DNA of 64,000 nt from Gemmatimonadota bacterium. Lineage in GTDB: Bacteria > Gemmatimonadota > Gemmatimonadetes > Gemmatimonadales > GWC2-71-9. Made by a program: the position numbers and the translations under genes. The notes beneath the pieces were generated by a model. The model worked only from the letters and a program-made list of their open reading frames with translations. It did no database searches and was not told the origin of the DNA. Below are positions 39,073 through 49,039 of the stretch, one piece after another (position 1 is the first letter of the stretch; each line of letters begins with the position of its first letter). The stretch spans positions 128,001 through 192,000 of the forward strand of contig JBDHAB010000001.1 of the NCBI GenBank assembly GCA_039588295.1, written 5' to 3'.

Positions 39073-39624
39073 ATGGCCATTCGACCAGTCCGTCTTCTTG
39101 GTGACCCAATCCTGCGAGCCCGCTGCGAGCCCGTCAATAAGGTCCGTTCGCCGGCGGTTCGCGTCGTCGCCGACGACCTCCAGGACACACTGCGCGACCT
39201 CAAGCAGCAGCACGGGAAAGGCCGGGGACTCTCTGCTCCACAGATCGGCGCACCCATGCGGGTCGTGTACATCGAGACCGACAGGCCGTGGTTCCTCGTC
39301 AATCCCGAGATCGTTGACATCGGCACCCGGGATTTCGCAGTCTGGGATGACTGCTTCTCCATACCTGGGCTGCGCGTGCGGGTGCAGCGTTCGTACCGCG
39401 TCCAGGTGGCCTACACCGACCTCGCCGGACGAGGTCATACCGTCGATGCCGAGGGTGAGCTGGCCGAGCTGCTGCAGCATGAGATCGACCACCTCGACGG
39501 GGTGCTCATCGTGGATCGTCCCACTGGCCTCGACCCGTTCTGCCTCGAAGCGGAATGGCAGAAGCACTACGCTTCCGAGGGACGCTGCGGCGAACCAGCG
39601 CTTCGCGAAACCGTGCCCGTCTGA
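39073..39624 (+). CDS. def: peptide deformylase (variant motif 2)
   Basis: Motifs GDPILR, GRGLSAPQIG and QHEIDHLDG. DDCFS stands in place of EGCLS. Confidence 0.88.
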   Translation: MAIRPVRLLGDPILRARCEPVNKVRSPAVRVVADDLQDTLRDLKQQHGKGRGLSAPQIGAPMRVVYIETDRPWFLVNPEIVDIGTRDFAVWDDCFSIPGLRVRVQRSYRVQVAYTDLAGRGHTVDAEGELAELLQHEIDHLDGVLIVDRPTGLDPFCLEAEWQKHYASEGRCGEPALRETVPV

Positions 39625-39641
39625 GGCTCTCCCACCGTTGT

Positions 39642-40853
39642 TCAGTCCAAGGACTCGAGGAACTCGCTAATCACTCGGCTGGTCGCCGTCGGTTGTTCCA
39701 TTGGTGACAGGTGGCCGGCGCCGGCGATCATCGTCAGATGCGCATCGGGAATGCGGTCTGCCATGAATCGCGACGACTCTGCTGGAATAAGTTGATCCTC
39801 ACGACCAGCCACGACCAGCGTCGGGACGGTGATCGCGCCCAAGTCGGGCCTTGAGTCCGGACGCTGCTTGATCGCCGAGAGTGCACCGATAACCCCCGTG
39901 GCCGGACTACTCGTGATCATGGTGCGAACCCGCTCCACTACATCGGGCGTTGTTGCTAACGACGTGGGTGCGAGGAGCTTGGGCAGCAGGAGGTCCGCCA
40001 AGGCTGCGGGCCCCTGACGCTGCACCAACTGGATCATCTCATCCCGTCCGGCCCTCGCTTCGTCATCATCGGGCTCAGCGCGGGTGTTCATGAGAATGAG
40101 CGCCCGCACACGGTCCTTGTGCCGACGCATCATTTCGAGGGCGACGTATCCGCCCATGGAAAGCCCGCAGACTGCCACCTGCTCGAGACCGAGGACGTCG
40201 AGCAGCGCGCCCATGTCGTCCGCGTATTCCTGCATGGAGTAACCGGACTCCGGCACATCGCTCAGGCCGAGACCCCGGAGGTCCGGGGCAACGCGCCGGC
40301 GCCCGGTCAGCGGCGCGATCAGGTCGCGCCACATCGTCCGGTCGAGCGGGAACCCGTGAATGAACAGCATGGGAGGCCCATCACCCTGCACGTCGACCGC
40401 CGTGGCAACCCCGCGCACGATCATGTGCTGGAATGCACCCGCGCGCACGGAGTGACGCGCACCGAAGACATGCTGTATCGCCCTCGGGACCGGCATCGGC
40501 GTCCGGTCCTCGCCGAGACAGACGAACACAAAGTCGGCCTCCGCCACGAGACCCTGATCGGTCTGTCGTCGGGCGGTGTGGTGCAGCGTGAAGCTCGTGC
40601 GCCCGTGGTGCGTCAACACCGTCTCGAAGCACAGGACGGTGCCGGACGGAGTTTCTGCGTGGTATTCGAGAGTCGCTTTGCGGACGACCGGCCAAACGCC
40701 GTGTTGCCCGAACGCGTCTGCCCCTGGGCCTTCGGCAAGCGCCTCCCAAAGCACCCGCTCGAACAACCGGAGAACAGCCTCCTGGGTCACGTGCCCACGC
40801 GCATCACAGTCAGGTGGCAGGACCCGCAACGCGACGGAACGGACTGGGCTCAC
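39642..40853 (-). CDS. fusion of a hotdog-fold thioesterase and an alpha/beta hydrolase
   Basis: N-terminal DCDARGHV...GRTSF; C-terminal HGFP, GLSMGG, EDQL, AGHL. Start uncertain (40853-40913). Confidence 0.82.
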   Translation of the reverse strand: MSPVRSVALRVLPPDCDARGHVTQEAVLRLFERVLWEALAEGPGADAFGQHGVWPVVRKATLEYHAETPSGTVLCFETVLTHHGRTSFTLHHTARRQTDQGLVAEADFVFVCLGEDRTPMPVPRAIQHVFGARHSVRAGAFQHMIVRGVATAVDVQGDGPPMLFIHGFPLDRTMWRDLIAPLTGRRRVAPDLRGLGLSDVPESGYSMQEYADDMGALLDVLGLEQVAVCGLSMGGYVALEMMRRHKDRVRALILMNTRAEPDDDEARAGRDEMIQLVQRQGPAALADLLLPKLLAPTSLATTPDVVERVRTMITSSPATGVIGALSAIKQRPDSRPDLGAITVPTLVVAGREDQLIPAESSRFMADRIPDAHLTMIAGAGHLSPMEQPTATSRVISEFLESLD

Positions 40854-41162
40854 GCGCTTCACCGACTGGCAGGGGTGGGTAAACTTAGCGTCTGAAGAGG
40901 TCCGGACAACCAATGCAGATTCTTGGATTGCCTGGTGATGCTAACGGGCAGGCAGAACTTCGATGGCAGCAATGGATGCACGAGCCGCGACGTGGCCAGG
41001 TGAGAGGACGCACGTTACCGTGGGGGGATTACAGCAATTGGCGCTGTCTTTTCGGTGTCGTGTTAGTGTGCCGTCGGTGGCTGTGCTTGGCGTGTTCCAG
41101 CGTTCTTGAACACAACGACTTACACCTTTTCCACACCGTCTCGACAGTGTGTAGATTCGCGC

Positions 41163-42308
41163 GTGCTGAAGGCTGAACCGGCAACGTTCATCACTACGAG
41201 CACCGAGCTCGAGTCGCTGGTGGCGAGACTGGCGGCGCGACGGCGCCTCGCGCTCGATACCGAGTCCGCCTCATATCATCGCTATGTGGATCGGGTCTAT
41301 CTCGTCCAGGTGAGTTCCGACCAGGAGACCGCACTCATTGACCCGCTCGAGGTTTCGGACCTGAGCCCCATAGGTGCGCTCCTCTCGGATCCGGCGCTCG
41401 AGATCGTCCTCCACGATGCCGACTACGACTTGCGCGTGCTGGACCGCGACTACGGGTTCCGTGCCCGACAGGTGTTCGACACACGGCTCGCCGCTCAGCT
41501 GGCCGGAGAGGACGGTGTGGGGCTCGGATCGCTGCTCGAGCGGCATCTTGGGGTGCGGCTCGACAAGCGCCACCAGAGGGCCGACTGGTCCCGACGTCCG
41601 ATTCCGCCTGAGATGGCAGCGTACGCCGCCGACGACACCAGGCACCTCTTGAAGCTCCGCGAGGTGCTCGTCGGCCGGCTCCAAGAACTTGAGCGACTGC
41701 ACTGGGCCGAAGAGGAGTTTCGCCGTCTCGAAGAATTGCGCTGGGTTCGCAATACGAACGACCACGGGGAGGACTATCTCCGTATCCGGGGCGCCAAGAG
41801 TCTGCCCCGCCGGCAGCGGGCGATCCTCCAACAGCTGTACCGGTGGCGGGACCGGATGGCGCGCGCCCAAGACCGTGCGCCGTTTCGTGTCGTGAGCAAC
41901 ACCGCGCTCGTGGAGTTAGCCCGGGCCGCGCCAAAGCGACGCAGTGGCCTCGCGCAGGTCCCCGGCATGGCGGAGTCCATCGTGCGGCGTCACGGTCGCG
42001 ACCTGCTCGCTGCGATTCAGGCTGGACTCCGCGTCCCGGATTCCGAGCTACCGCGAATCGAGCGCCCCCGCCGGCACGTCCCCGATGCGGGATACGAGGC
42101 TCGACTCGAGCGGCTCAAGCGGCTCAGGAATGGTTGCGCCGAAACGGTCCGCCTGGATCCTGGACTGGTCTGCCCAAACGGAACTCTGCAGGGGCTGGCG
42201 CGGGAGATTCCGAAGTCCACGGCTGACCTGGACCGGATTGCGGAACTGCGCCGTTGGCAGCGGGAGGTCCTGGGTGAGAAGAACCTCCTGGCGGCGGTGC
42301 AGGGATAG
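41163..42308 (+). CDS. rnd: ribonuclease D (DEDDy exonuclease plus HRDC)
   Basis: Motifs LALDTE, LVQVS, HDADYD, FDTRLAA, ADWSRRP, YAADD, followed by an HRDC region. Confidence 0.92.
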   Translation: MLKAEPATFITTSTELESLVARLAARRRLALDTESASYHRYVDRVYLVQVSSDQETALIDPLEVSDLSPIGALLSDPALEIVLHDADYDLRVLDRDYGFRARQVFDTRLAAQLAGEDGVGLGSLLERHLGVRLDKRHQRADWSRRPIPPEMAAYAADDTRHLLKLREVLVGRLQELERLHWAEEEFRRLEELRWVRNTNDHGEDYLRIRGAKSLPRRQRAILQQLYRWRDRMARAQDRAPFRVVSNTALVELARAAPKRRSGLAQVPGMAESIVRRHGRDLLAAIQAGLRVPDSELPRIERPRRHVPDAGYEARLERLKRLRNGCAETVRLDPGLVCPNGTLQGLAREIPKSTADLDRIAELRRWQREVLGEKNLLAAVQG

Positions 42309-42314
42309 CAGCGA

Positions 42315-42644
42315 CTAGAACCCGAGGAACGCTCGCACCTTGGGGTCGATCCGTTCCGGTGTCCAATACGGCTCCCACACCAACTCGATCCGCACGTCCT
42401 CGACACCATCCAACGCCCTGATCGCCGTATCGGCGTCGCCCATGATCTGGCCTCCGGCCGGACATCCTGGCGACGTCAGTGTCATCTTGACGTCCACCTT
42501 GCCTTCGTCGACCGAGACGTCGTAAATCAGGCCCAGATCGACGATGTTCAAGCCCGCCTCAGGGTCCTTCACCCGCCTGAGGACCTGATGCACCGCGGCC
42601 TCGTCGACCGTGGGGTGTGCTTCATCGGGTTGTTGTTCTGTCAT
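42315..42644 (-). CDS. metal-sulfur cluster assembly factor (DUF59/SufT-like)
   Basis: Motifs VKDPE..NIVDLGLIY, MTLTSPGCP, VWEPYWTPE. Confidence 0.92.
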   Translation of the reverse strand: MTEQQPDEAHPTVDEAAVHQVLRRVKDPEAGLNIVDLGLIYDVSVDEGKVDVKMTLTSPGCPAGGQIMGDADTAIRALDGVEDVRIELVWEPYWTPERIDPKVRAFLGF

Positions 42645-42713
42645 CCGATCCCCCGTCCATGACTCTTCCCGCCCATGGGCTCGTCAACGCCACCCCTGAA
42701 CCTACCCACGGGA

Positions 42714-43094
42714 CTACCGCACGGGTCCCCATCGCCGGGCTACCGCCGCGTAGCTGCGCTCGGCCAGCGGCATGACCCCCGGCAGACCAAGTACTGCCCG
42801 CACGATCCATCCACCTCGCAGATAGCGGGACAACTCTCGCACCGCTGCAGCTCCGGCGAACACCGATCCGTCGGGGCGCACAAAATGGGCGGCCTGCCGT
42901 AGCCGCTCTCGCGACTGGCCCGAGAGTGTACTCGCGCGGGGTGCGGCCACAGGGACGAGGCGGACTGCATCACGCCCATCCAACCGCTTGGCCCGGGCTA
43001 CCCACCGCCGGCAGAAACCACACGCGTCATCGTAGATGAGCGTGGGTGCCGCCGGCGCGACCGGTACAGCACCGACGAGCCCGGCGACTAGCAT
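42714..43094 (-). CDS. DCC1-like thiol-disulfide oxidoreductase (DUF393)
   Basis: LIYDDACGFC (DxxCxxC) motif. Confidence 0.85.
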   Translation of the reverse strand: MLVAGLVGAVPVAPAAPTLIYDDACGFCRRWVARAKRLDGRDAVRLVPVAAPRASTLSGQSRERLRQAAHFVRPDGSVFAGAAAVRELSRYLRGGWIVRAVLGLPGVMPLAERSYAAVARRWGPVR

Positions 43095-44275
43095 CCGCGT
43101 TCTTCACCCGTACGAAGAATACCGCAGACTTCCTCCCGCAGCGTCAGCGCAGCGTCAGCCACCTGACCGCGGATCCGCCTCAGCTTGGCAACGGACCCCC
43201 CCGTCCGCGGAGCAAACACGCGATTTGTCAGAATGACGACGAACAGCCCATGTACCGGGTCGATCCACACGGACGTGCCGGTGTAGCCCCCATGGCCGAA
43301 GGCAGCCGAAGAGAGTAACGAGCCCGCGCTGCCGACGCTCGTCGTATCCCGAACCTCCCAGCCCAACGCCCGATTCCCTGCGCCGCGCCGCGTGAAGTGT
43401 TGAACGATACCCGGACGGAACAGCCGGACACCGTCAGCCGTCACACCACCGCGCAGGAGCACTTGGGCGTAGCGCGCGAGGTCGACACCCGTGCTGTAGA
43501 GTCCGGCATGACCCGACACTCCACCCAACCGCGCCGCATTCTGGTCGTGCACCTCGCCCGCAATCGCATGCCCCCGCCACAGGCCTACCGGCGCGATGCG
43601 AGCTCGGAGCGACCGTGGGGGTCGGAACAGCGTTTGGGTCATGCCGATCGGCGAGAAGACGCGCTCGGTCACAAAACGGTCGAGCGACGTCCCCACGATG
43701 CGTTCGACAACCCACCCCAGCAGCATCGCGTTCAAGTCACTGTACACGACGCGCCCCCCCGGCTCGAACCGCAAGGGCTCCGACAGCACGAGTTGCCGCG
43801 CTTCTTCGGCAGTCCTGGCTCGCTCATGCAGCGGGAGGAACGCTCGGAGCCCGGATCGGTGTTCGAGAAGGTGACGAACCGTGACACGGTCCTGCGCGTC
43901 CCCCGGAGAGAACTTGGGAAGATAGGCTCCTACCGCGCGATCCAAGTCGAGTCGGTTCTCAAGTGCCAGGATCATCGCGGCCGGCGTCACCGCCACCACT
44001 TTGGTCAGGGACGCGAGGTCGTACAGGGTGCTGTCGGGTCTCGGCGTCGGCGAGTCCGGCGACCACGTGAAGTGACCGTAGCCTCGCGCCAGCAGAACGG
44101 AGTCCGCCGTGCCAATCACGACCACCGCACCCGGAAACACGCCGTCCCGCACCCCATCGGTCATGGCGCGATCAACGGCCTGGCGGGGCCCAACTTGCAG
44201 ACTGAGGGAGAGAGCGAACAGGAAGAGGTTAACGAGCGCCATGATCTGGACCGACAGGTTGCTCTCTTTGGGCAT
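43088..44275 (-). CDS. serine hydrolase (beta-lactamase family)
   Basis: Motifs LASLTK (SxxK), LLEHRSGL, YSD, GEVHDQNA, GHAGLYS, FGHGGYTG. Confidence 0.9.
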   Translation of the reverse strand: MPKESNLSVQIMALVNLFLFALSLSLQVGPRQAVDRAMTDGVRDGVFPGAVVVIGTADSVLLARGYGHFTWSPDSPTPRPDSTLYDLASLTKVVAVTPAAMILALENRLDLDRAVGAYLPKFSPGDAQDRVTVRHLLEHRSGLRAFLPLHERARTAEEARQLVLSEPLRFEPGGRVVYSDLNAMLLGWVVERIVGTSLDRFVTERVFSPIGMTQTLFRPPRSLRARIAPVGLWRGHAIAGEVHDQNAARLGGVSGHAGLYSTGVDLARYAQVLLRGGVTADGVRLFRPGIVQHFTRRGAGNRALGWEVRDTTSVGSAGSLLSSAAFGHGGYTGTSVWIDPVHGLFVVILTNRVFAPRTGGSVAKLRRIRGQVADAALTLREEVCGILRTGEERGC

Positions 44276-44363
44276 ACCGCGTGTTTCGCGTCAGGATCCA
44301 CCCCCCGGTTGCGCAAAGGACTTGACCTATTGTAGTACGCTGACGATAACACACACAACTCTG

Positions 44364-45860
44364 ATGGAACGGTCGCTTGTGAGCCGAGCCTCGTGCTGCT
44401 TCACACTCCTCACACTCTCTCTTGCGTTGCCTGACGCCAGGGCGCAGGCACCAGTCGTCGATACGTTGGCGATCAAGGCGCACACATACTTCCTCGCACA
44501 CGATCTGTTGCGCGGACGGGCGGCGGGCACGCGTGACGCACAGCTGGCCGCGCTCTACATCGCGAGTCAGTGTCGAACGCTCGGCCTCACTCCCCTTGGC
44601 GACGAGTATCTACAGGTGGTGCCGCTCGAACGGGCCTCGATCGGAAGCGGATCCAGCCTCACACTGACATCCCCGCGTGGTCACGTTGCGTTCGGCTACC
44701 CCACCGACTTCCTCCCGAACGTCGGGGCGCAGCCGACGTTGGTCGACTTCGCCGGCCTCGCTGTGTTCGCAGGCAGTGAACGAGAGATTACTCGAGGCGC
44801 CCTCGGCAACGCCGACGTTCGCGGGAGGGTCGTCGTGACCGCAGGGCTCGTGCGCGGTGCCGCCGCCGACACATTGGTCGCGCGCGGGGCTGCGGCGATG
44901 CTCCACTTGATTCCGGACCAGGAGACCTTCGAGTTGTATGTCCGCAGCCGCGGGCCAACGAGGCTCTACCACCGCGATTCAGCGGTCCGATCATCGTTTC
45001 TGCCACGATTGCCTTCGGTGATCGGTGGCCCGCGCGTGGCGGGTACGCTGTTGTCGGCAGCGACCCTGAATCGAGATGGCAAGCCGTTGCCTCAACTGCT
45101 CGACTGGACCGTCGGGGTTGAACTCGCGCTCGAAACCGAACCAGTCGACGATGTGAATGTGGGATGCCGGTTGCGTGGCACGGCTGCTCGAGATCGCGAC
45201 ACGGCAGTCGTGCTGACAGCGCATTACGACCACCTTGGGGTGAGCGTTCCGGACGCCTCGGGCGATTCCGTCTACAACGGGTTCTCGGACAACGCTGCCG
45301 GCGTGGGGATGCTGCTTGCTGTGGCCGAGGCCCTCGTACGGCATCGCCCGCTTCGCCACTCGGTGCTGTTCCTGTTCCCCGCGGCCGAAGAGCGCGGCCT
45401 CCTGGGATCCGACTACTACGTCACCCATCCACTGTGGCCCCTCAATCGCACGGCCGCAGTCATCAATCTCGATGCTGGCGCGCCGCCCGGCCTACCGGTG
45501 AGTTGGCGGCTCGCGGGAGTCGACAGCGCCGGGCTTGGCGGACTGGCGATCGCGGTCGCCGACGGCATGGGGTGGCAGGTCAGGACCTCGGCTGCGCGCC
45601 CGAACTCCGACTATTTCCCGTTCCATCGGGAGGGCGTGCCCGCCGTGTTCATCATTCCGGGGTCCGAGCCCTACGACGGTCTCTCATCGGACAGCAGCAA
45701 CGCGCTTCGGCGACGCTGGGACCACTATCATCGGGCCAGTGATCACTGGTCCGACGCGTTCCCCTTCGGCGGGCTCGGACGGTACGCCGAGTTCGCCTTG
45801 CGGATCGTTCTCGCGGCTGGCGGTGACTCGACGGCGCTCGACCCCCCACCTCGGCGCTGA
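44364..45860 (+). CDS. M28 family peptidase, secreted
   Basis: Signal peptide, then AHYDHLG, SDNAAG, AEERGLLGS, NSDYFPF, YHRASD. Confidence 0.9.
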   Translation: MERSLVSRASCCFTLLTLSLALPDARAQAPVVDTLAIKAHTYFLAHDLLRGRAAGTRDAQLAALYIASQCRTLGLTPLGDEYLQVVPLERASIGSGSSLTLTSPRGHVAFGYPTDFLPNVGAQPTLVDFAGLAVFAGSEREITRGALGNADVRGRVVVTAGLVRGAAADTLVARGAAAMLHLIPDQETFELYVRSRGPTRLYHRDSAVRSSFLPRLPSVIGGPRVAGTLLSAATLNRDGKPLPQLLDWTVGVELALETEPVDDVNVGCRLRGTAARDRDTAVVLTAHYDHLGVSVPDASGDSVYNGFSDNAAGVGMLLAVAEALVRHRPLRHSVLFLFPAAEERGLLGSDYYVTHPLWPLNRTAAVINLDAGAPPGLPVSWRLAGVDSAGLGGLAIAVADGMGWQVRTSAARPNSDYFPFHREGVPAVFIIPGSEPYDGLSSDSSNALRRRWDHYHRASDHWSDAFPFGGLGRYAEFALRIVLAAGGDSTALDPPPRR

Positions 45861-46030
45861 CCAGTCCGTCGCGATGCAAGCTCCTGGCATCACGGGGCTT
45901 GGGGGTCTATCATTCCCATCTCTTTGTTCTCCCCGGTGGTACGAGACAGCAAGCTGATCAGAGTGACGATCTCGACAATCTGCGTGGTGTGGTGTGGCGG
46001 CGGCGCGGCGTCGAGCGCCAGGAGCACGCC

Positions 46031-48364
46031 GTGATTCCGCGGCTGTGCCGCGCCATCGTTCGCTTCCGTCTTGCGCTCATTGCGGTCTGGTTGCTCCTCG
46101 CGGCACTGGCGTTGCCGCGTGCGCTCCATGTGCATGACGTTCTGCGTGTCGAAGGTGAAACGCTGTACGAAACCGAGTCGAAACGCGCCACCGATCTCAT
46201 CACGGGCGCGTTTCCGTCTCCGGTGACCGATTTCTTCATCGTCACTATGAGCGGCTCCGTACCGATCGACAGCCTTCCGTATCGGGCCCTGCTGGATTCG
46301 CTCACCTTGCAGGCTCGGCTCGAGCCCTACATCGGGCAGGTGCTCTCTTTCCTCACGGCTCGCGACACGACGCTGCTCAGCGCGGACCGTCGAACCACCT
46401 TCTTCGTCGCGGCGGTGCAGACGAACCTGAGCCAGAGTCCGGTCGATCTCGTGCCACCGTTCCGCGACGCAATCCACGGCACCCTCAACCGGATTTCCTG
46501 GGCGGCGGACTACGAAGTGCACGTGACCGGCGGTCCGGCGCTCGAATACGACCTCCGCACCGTCAGCAAAGAGGACACGCGTCGGGGTGAGCGGAAGGCG
46601 TTACCCATCGCGGCTATTGTCCTCGTGCTCGCGTTCGGCGCGCTCGTGGCTGCAATGCTCCCACTCTTCGTCGGAGTCCTGGCGATCGTGTGCGCGCTCG
46701 GCATCGTGCACGTCGTGGCCGCGTTCTATCCGATGTCCATTTTCGTGTTGACGATCGTGTCGATGGTCGGCCTGGGTGTCGGGATCGACTATTCCCTCTT
46801 CATCGTCACGCGATTCCGCGAGGAACTGAACCGCGGGCGCGGGCCCAGGGAGGCAGCAGAGCGGACGATCCTGACGGCGGGCCGCGCCGTCGTGACCAGC
46901 GGGCTTACCGTGATGCTCGGTTTCGGCGCGCTCCTCGTCACCCCCACCGCCGATACCCGCTCGGTTGGCGTAGGCGGCTTGGCCGTCGTTGCCGTTGCGG
47001 TGCTGCTCTCCGTGACGTTGCTCCCCGGAGCGCTCTCCCTGATCGGCCGCGCAATCGACCGGCCCCGCTGGCTCGCGAAACGCCTCGCATGGTACCACGC
47101 GCCCACCGGCTGGGAGCGGTGGGCCAGGTGGCTCGGCCATCACCCGTGGCGCGCCCTGGTATTGGGCGGCATCGTCGTGGGCACCATCACCTGGCCGCTG
47201 GCACAGATCCGCATCGGCCTTCCCCGAGAGGGCTGGTTTCCGTCCAACACCGAGTCCACCGACGGGGTGCGCGCGCTCGATGCAATTGGTGCACGCGGCG
47301 CGCTCCAGCCGATACGGCTGGTCGTGCAGGCCCCGGAAGCGGAACGCATTGTGGGAACCCGATTCCTCCGTGGGCTCAAGCGCCTGTCCGATTCTTTGCG
47401 GGCCGACCGCCGCGTAGCGCAGGTCCGAAGCGTGGTCGATATCGAGCCCGGCATGTCGGCGCTGCGCTATTCAATGCTCTACGGCGACCTCGAGGCCGCA
47501 CGCAATCGCGCGCCGGAGTTCTATGGAGCCTATCTCTCCGAAGACGGCCGAACAACGCTGGTCGACGCGATCCTCCACGACACGACCTCGACTACGGGTT
47601 CCATGGACGTCGTGCGACGCATTCGGCAGCTGACCACTGCTGGAATCACCGGTCTCGACTCCGTCAGCGTGTTCGTCGGGGGGTTCCAGGCCAGCAGCGT
47701 GGACCTCCAAGACACCGTGCTCCGACAGTTTCCCACGGTGATCGTTCTCGTCCTCGTCACAACCGCCCTGATGTTGTTCGTCGCATTCCAATCGATTCTC
47801 GTTCCGATCAAGGCCGTCGTGATGAACTGCCTTTCTGTGGCGGGGGCGTTCGGGATGTTGGTGTTTGTCTTTCAACACGGGTTCGGCGCGCAATTGTTCG
47901 GCCTGGCACGCGGAACCGAGGCCATCTACGTCATCGTCCCGATCCTGGTGTTTGCCGTCGTGTTTGGCCTGAGCATGGACTACGAGGTGTTCCTGCTCTC
48001 ACGCATCAAGGAGGCGGTCGACCGCACCGGGCGCAACGACCAGGCAACGATGGAAGGCCTGACGGCGACGGCGTCGGTCATCACCAGCGCCGCCGCAATC
48101 ATGATCATCGTCTTCGGCACCTTCAGCTTCTCGCGGGTCCTCGCGGCTCAGCTCCTCGGGTTCGGGTTGGCCGCAGCCGTCCTGCTCGATGCCACACTGG
48201 TGCGCATGGTGTTGGTGCCGGCCTTCATGCACATTGCCGGCAGCTGGAACTGGTGGCCGGGTATACGGCGGCCTAGGGACCGGACCGAGGACGGTCCCGG
48301 GCGGACGCCGACGGAACCCGAGGCCCTGCCAGCAGAAATGCCCGATTCAGACGAGGACCCCTGA
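46031..48364 (+). CDS. MMPL/RND family transporter
   Basis: RBS AGGAG before GTG 46031. Motifs GVGIDYSLF..RFREE and GLSMDYEVFLLSRIKE, with two TM bundles. Confidence 0.93.
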   Translation: MIPRLCRAIVRFRLALIAVWLLLAALALPRALHVHDVLRVEGETLYETESKRATDLITGAFPSPVTDFFIVTMSGSVPIDSLPYRALLDSLTLQARLEPYIGQVLSFLTARDTTLLSADRRTTFFVAAVQTNLSQSPVDLVPPFRDAIHGTLNRISWAADYEVHVTGGPALEYDLRTVSKEDTRRGERKALPIAAIVLVLAFGALVAAMLPLFVGVLAIVCALGIVHVVAAFYPMSIFVLTIVSMVGLGVGIDYSLFIVTRFREELNRGRGPREAAERTILTAGRAVVTSGLTVMLGFGALLVTPTADTRSVGVGGLAVVAVAVLLSVTLLPGALSLIGRAIDRPRWLAKRLAWYHAPTGWERWARWLGHHPWRALVLGGIVVGTITWPLAQIRIGLPREGWFPSNTESTDGVRALDAIGARGALQPIRLVVQAPEAERIVGTRFLRGLKRLSDSLRADRRVAQVRSVVDIEPGMSALRYSMLYGDLEAARNRAPEFYGAYLSEDGRTTLVDAILHDTTSTTGSMDVVRRIRQLTTAGITGLDSVSVFVGGFQASSVDLQDTVLRQFPTVIVLVLVTTALMLFVAFQSILVPIKAVVMNCLSVAGAFGMLVFVFQHGFGAQLFGLARGTEAIYVIVPILVFAVVFGLSMDYEVFLLSRIKEAVDRTGRNDQATMEGLTATASVITSAAAIMIIVFGTFSFSRVLAAQLLGFGLAAAVLLDATLVRMVLVPAFMHIAGSWNWWPGIRRPRDRTEDGPGRTPTEPEALPAEMPDSDEDP

Positions 48365-48602
48365 GGTCCCAGTGCCAAGCCGCGACTCGCGCGCCGGTAC
48401 GAGGGTGTTTGAGCGGTCGGTACTGCAACCATTCCGGTCGCATGCCGAGGCGCTCACCGGCCCGCAGCAGCGCCGCGCGATCGGACGACACCAAGTGGGC
48501 CCACTGTTCCCCGCGCAGCGTGAACGGGTGGAGCCAGAGGCCGCCGCCCAGCGCGTGGGCAACCCCTTCACGCCAGAGCGCAGACCGCCGCCACGTCATC
48601 AC
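48273..48602 (-). CDS. small hypothetical protein (DUF4031-like)
   Basis: WAHLVSSD...LGMRPEWLQ...HWDL resembles DUF4031. GTG overlaps the pilin stop (GTGA). Confidence 0.6.
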   Translation of the reverse strand: MMTWRRSALWREGVAHALGGGLWLHPFTLRGEQWAHLVSSDRAALLRAGERLGMRPEWLQYRPLKHPRTGARVAAWHWDLRGPRLNRAFLLAGPRVPSASARDRPRSGP

Positions 48603-48997
48603 CCGCAGTCGATCCGGCCCGCCTCCGAAGCCGAGCCGACCGGAGCGGCGAACCCGACGAACAGGTGACACTGCCGCAGCGTGGCCGAGTGAGAGGCCGT
48701 CACCGACCAGCCGATTGCCGTGGCCTCGCGGACTTGGATTACCACGTTGGGGCTCGTGACCAAGCCTCGCGCAGACAACACACCGAGATCCGCCGTGTAG
48801 CCGGTGACGTCGTAGAAGTACGACTCCTCGATCACCGCCAAGTTCCTTATGTCGGACTTCAGCATGGTCACATAGCCCCGCTCCCTCAAACCGCGGTACT
48901 GCGGCACGACAATCGCCGCGAGGAGCGCGACGATGGTCATCGCCATCAGGAGCTCGATCAGCGTGAATCCGACAGACCTTCGGCGCGAAGGTTTCAT
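48599..48997 (-). CDS. type IV pilin-like protein
   Basis: Prepilin cleavage/methylation motif GFTLIELLMAMTIVALLAAIVVP. Confidence 0.9.
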   Translation of the reverse strand: MKPSRRRSVGFTLIELLMAMTIVALLAAIVVPQYRGLRERGYVTMLKSDIRNLAVIEESYFYDVTGYTADLGVLSARGLVTSPNVVIQVREATAIGWSVTASHSATLRQCHLFVGFAAPVGSASEAGRIDCG

Positions 48998-49039
48998 ACT
49001 GGGGGAAGATGCCCACGGCACCTAGGTCGTGACAACCGC

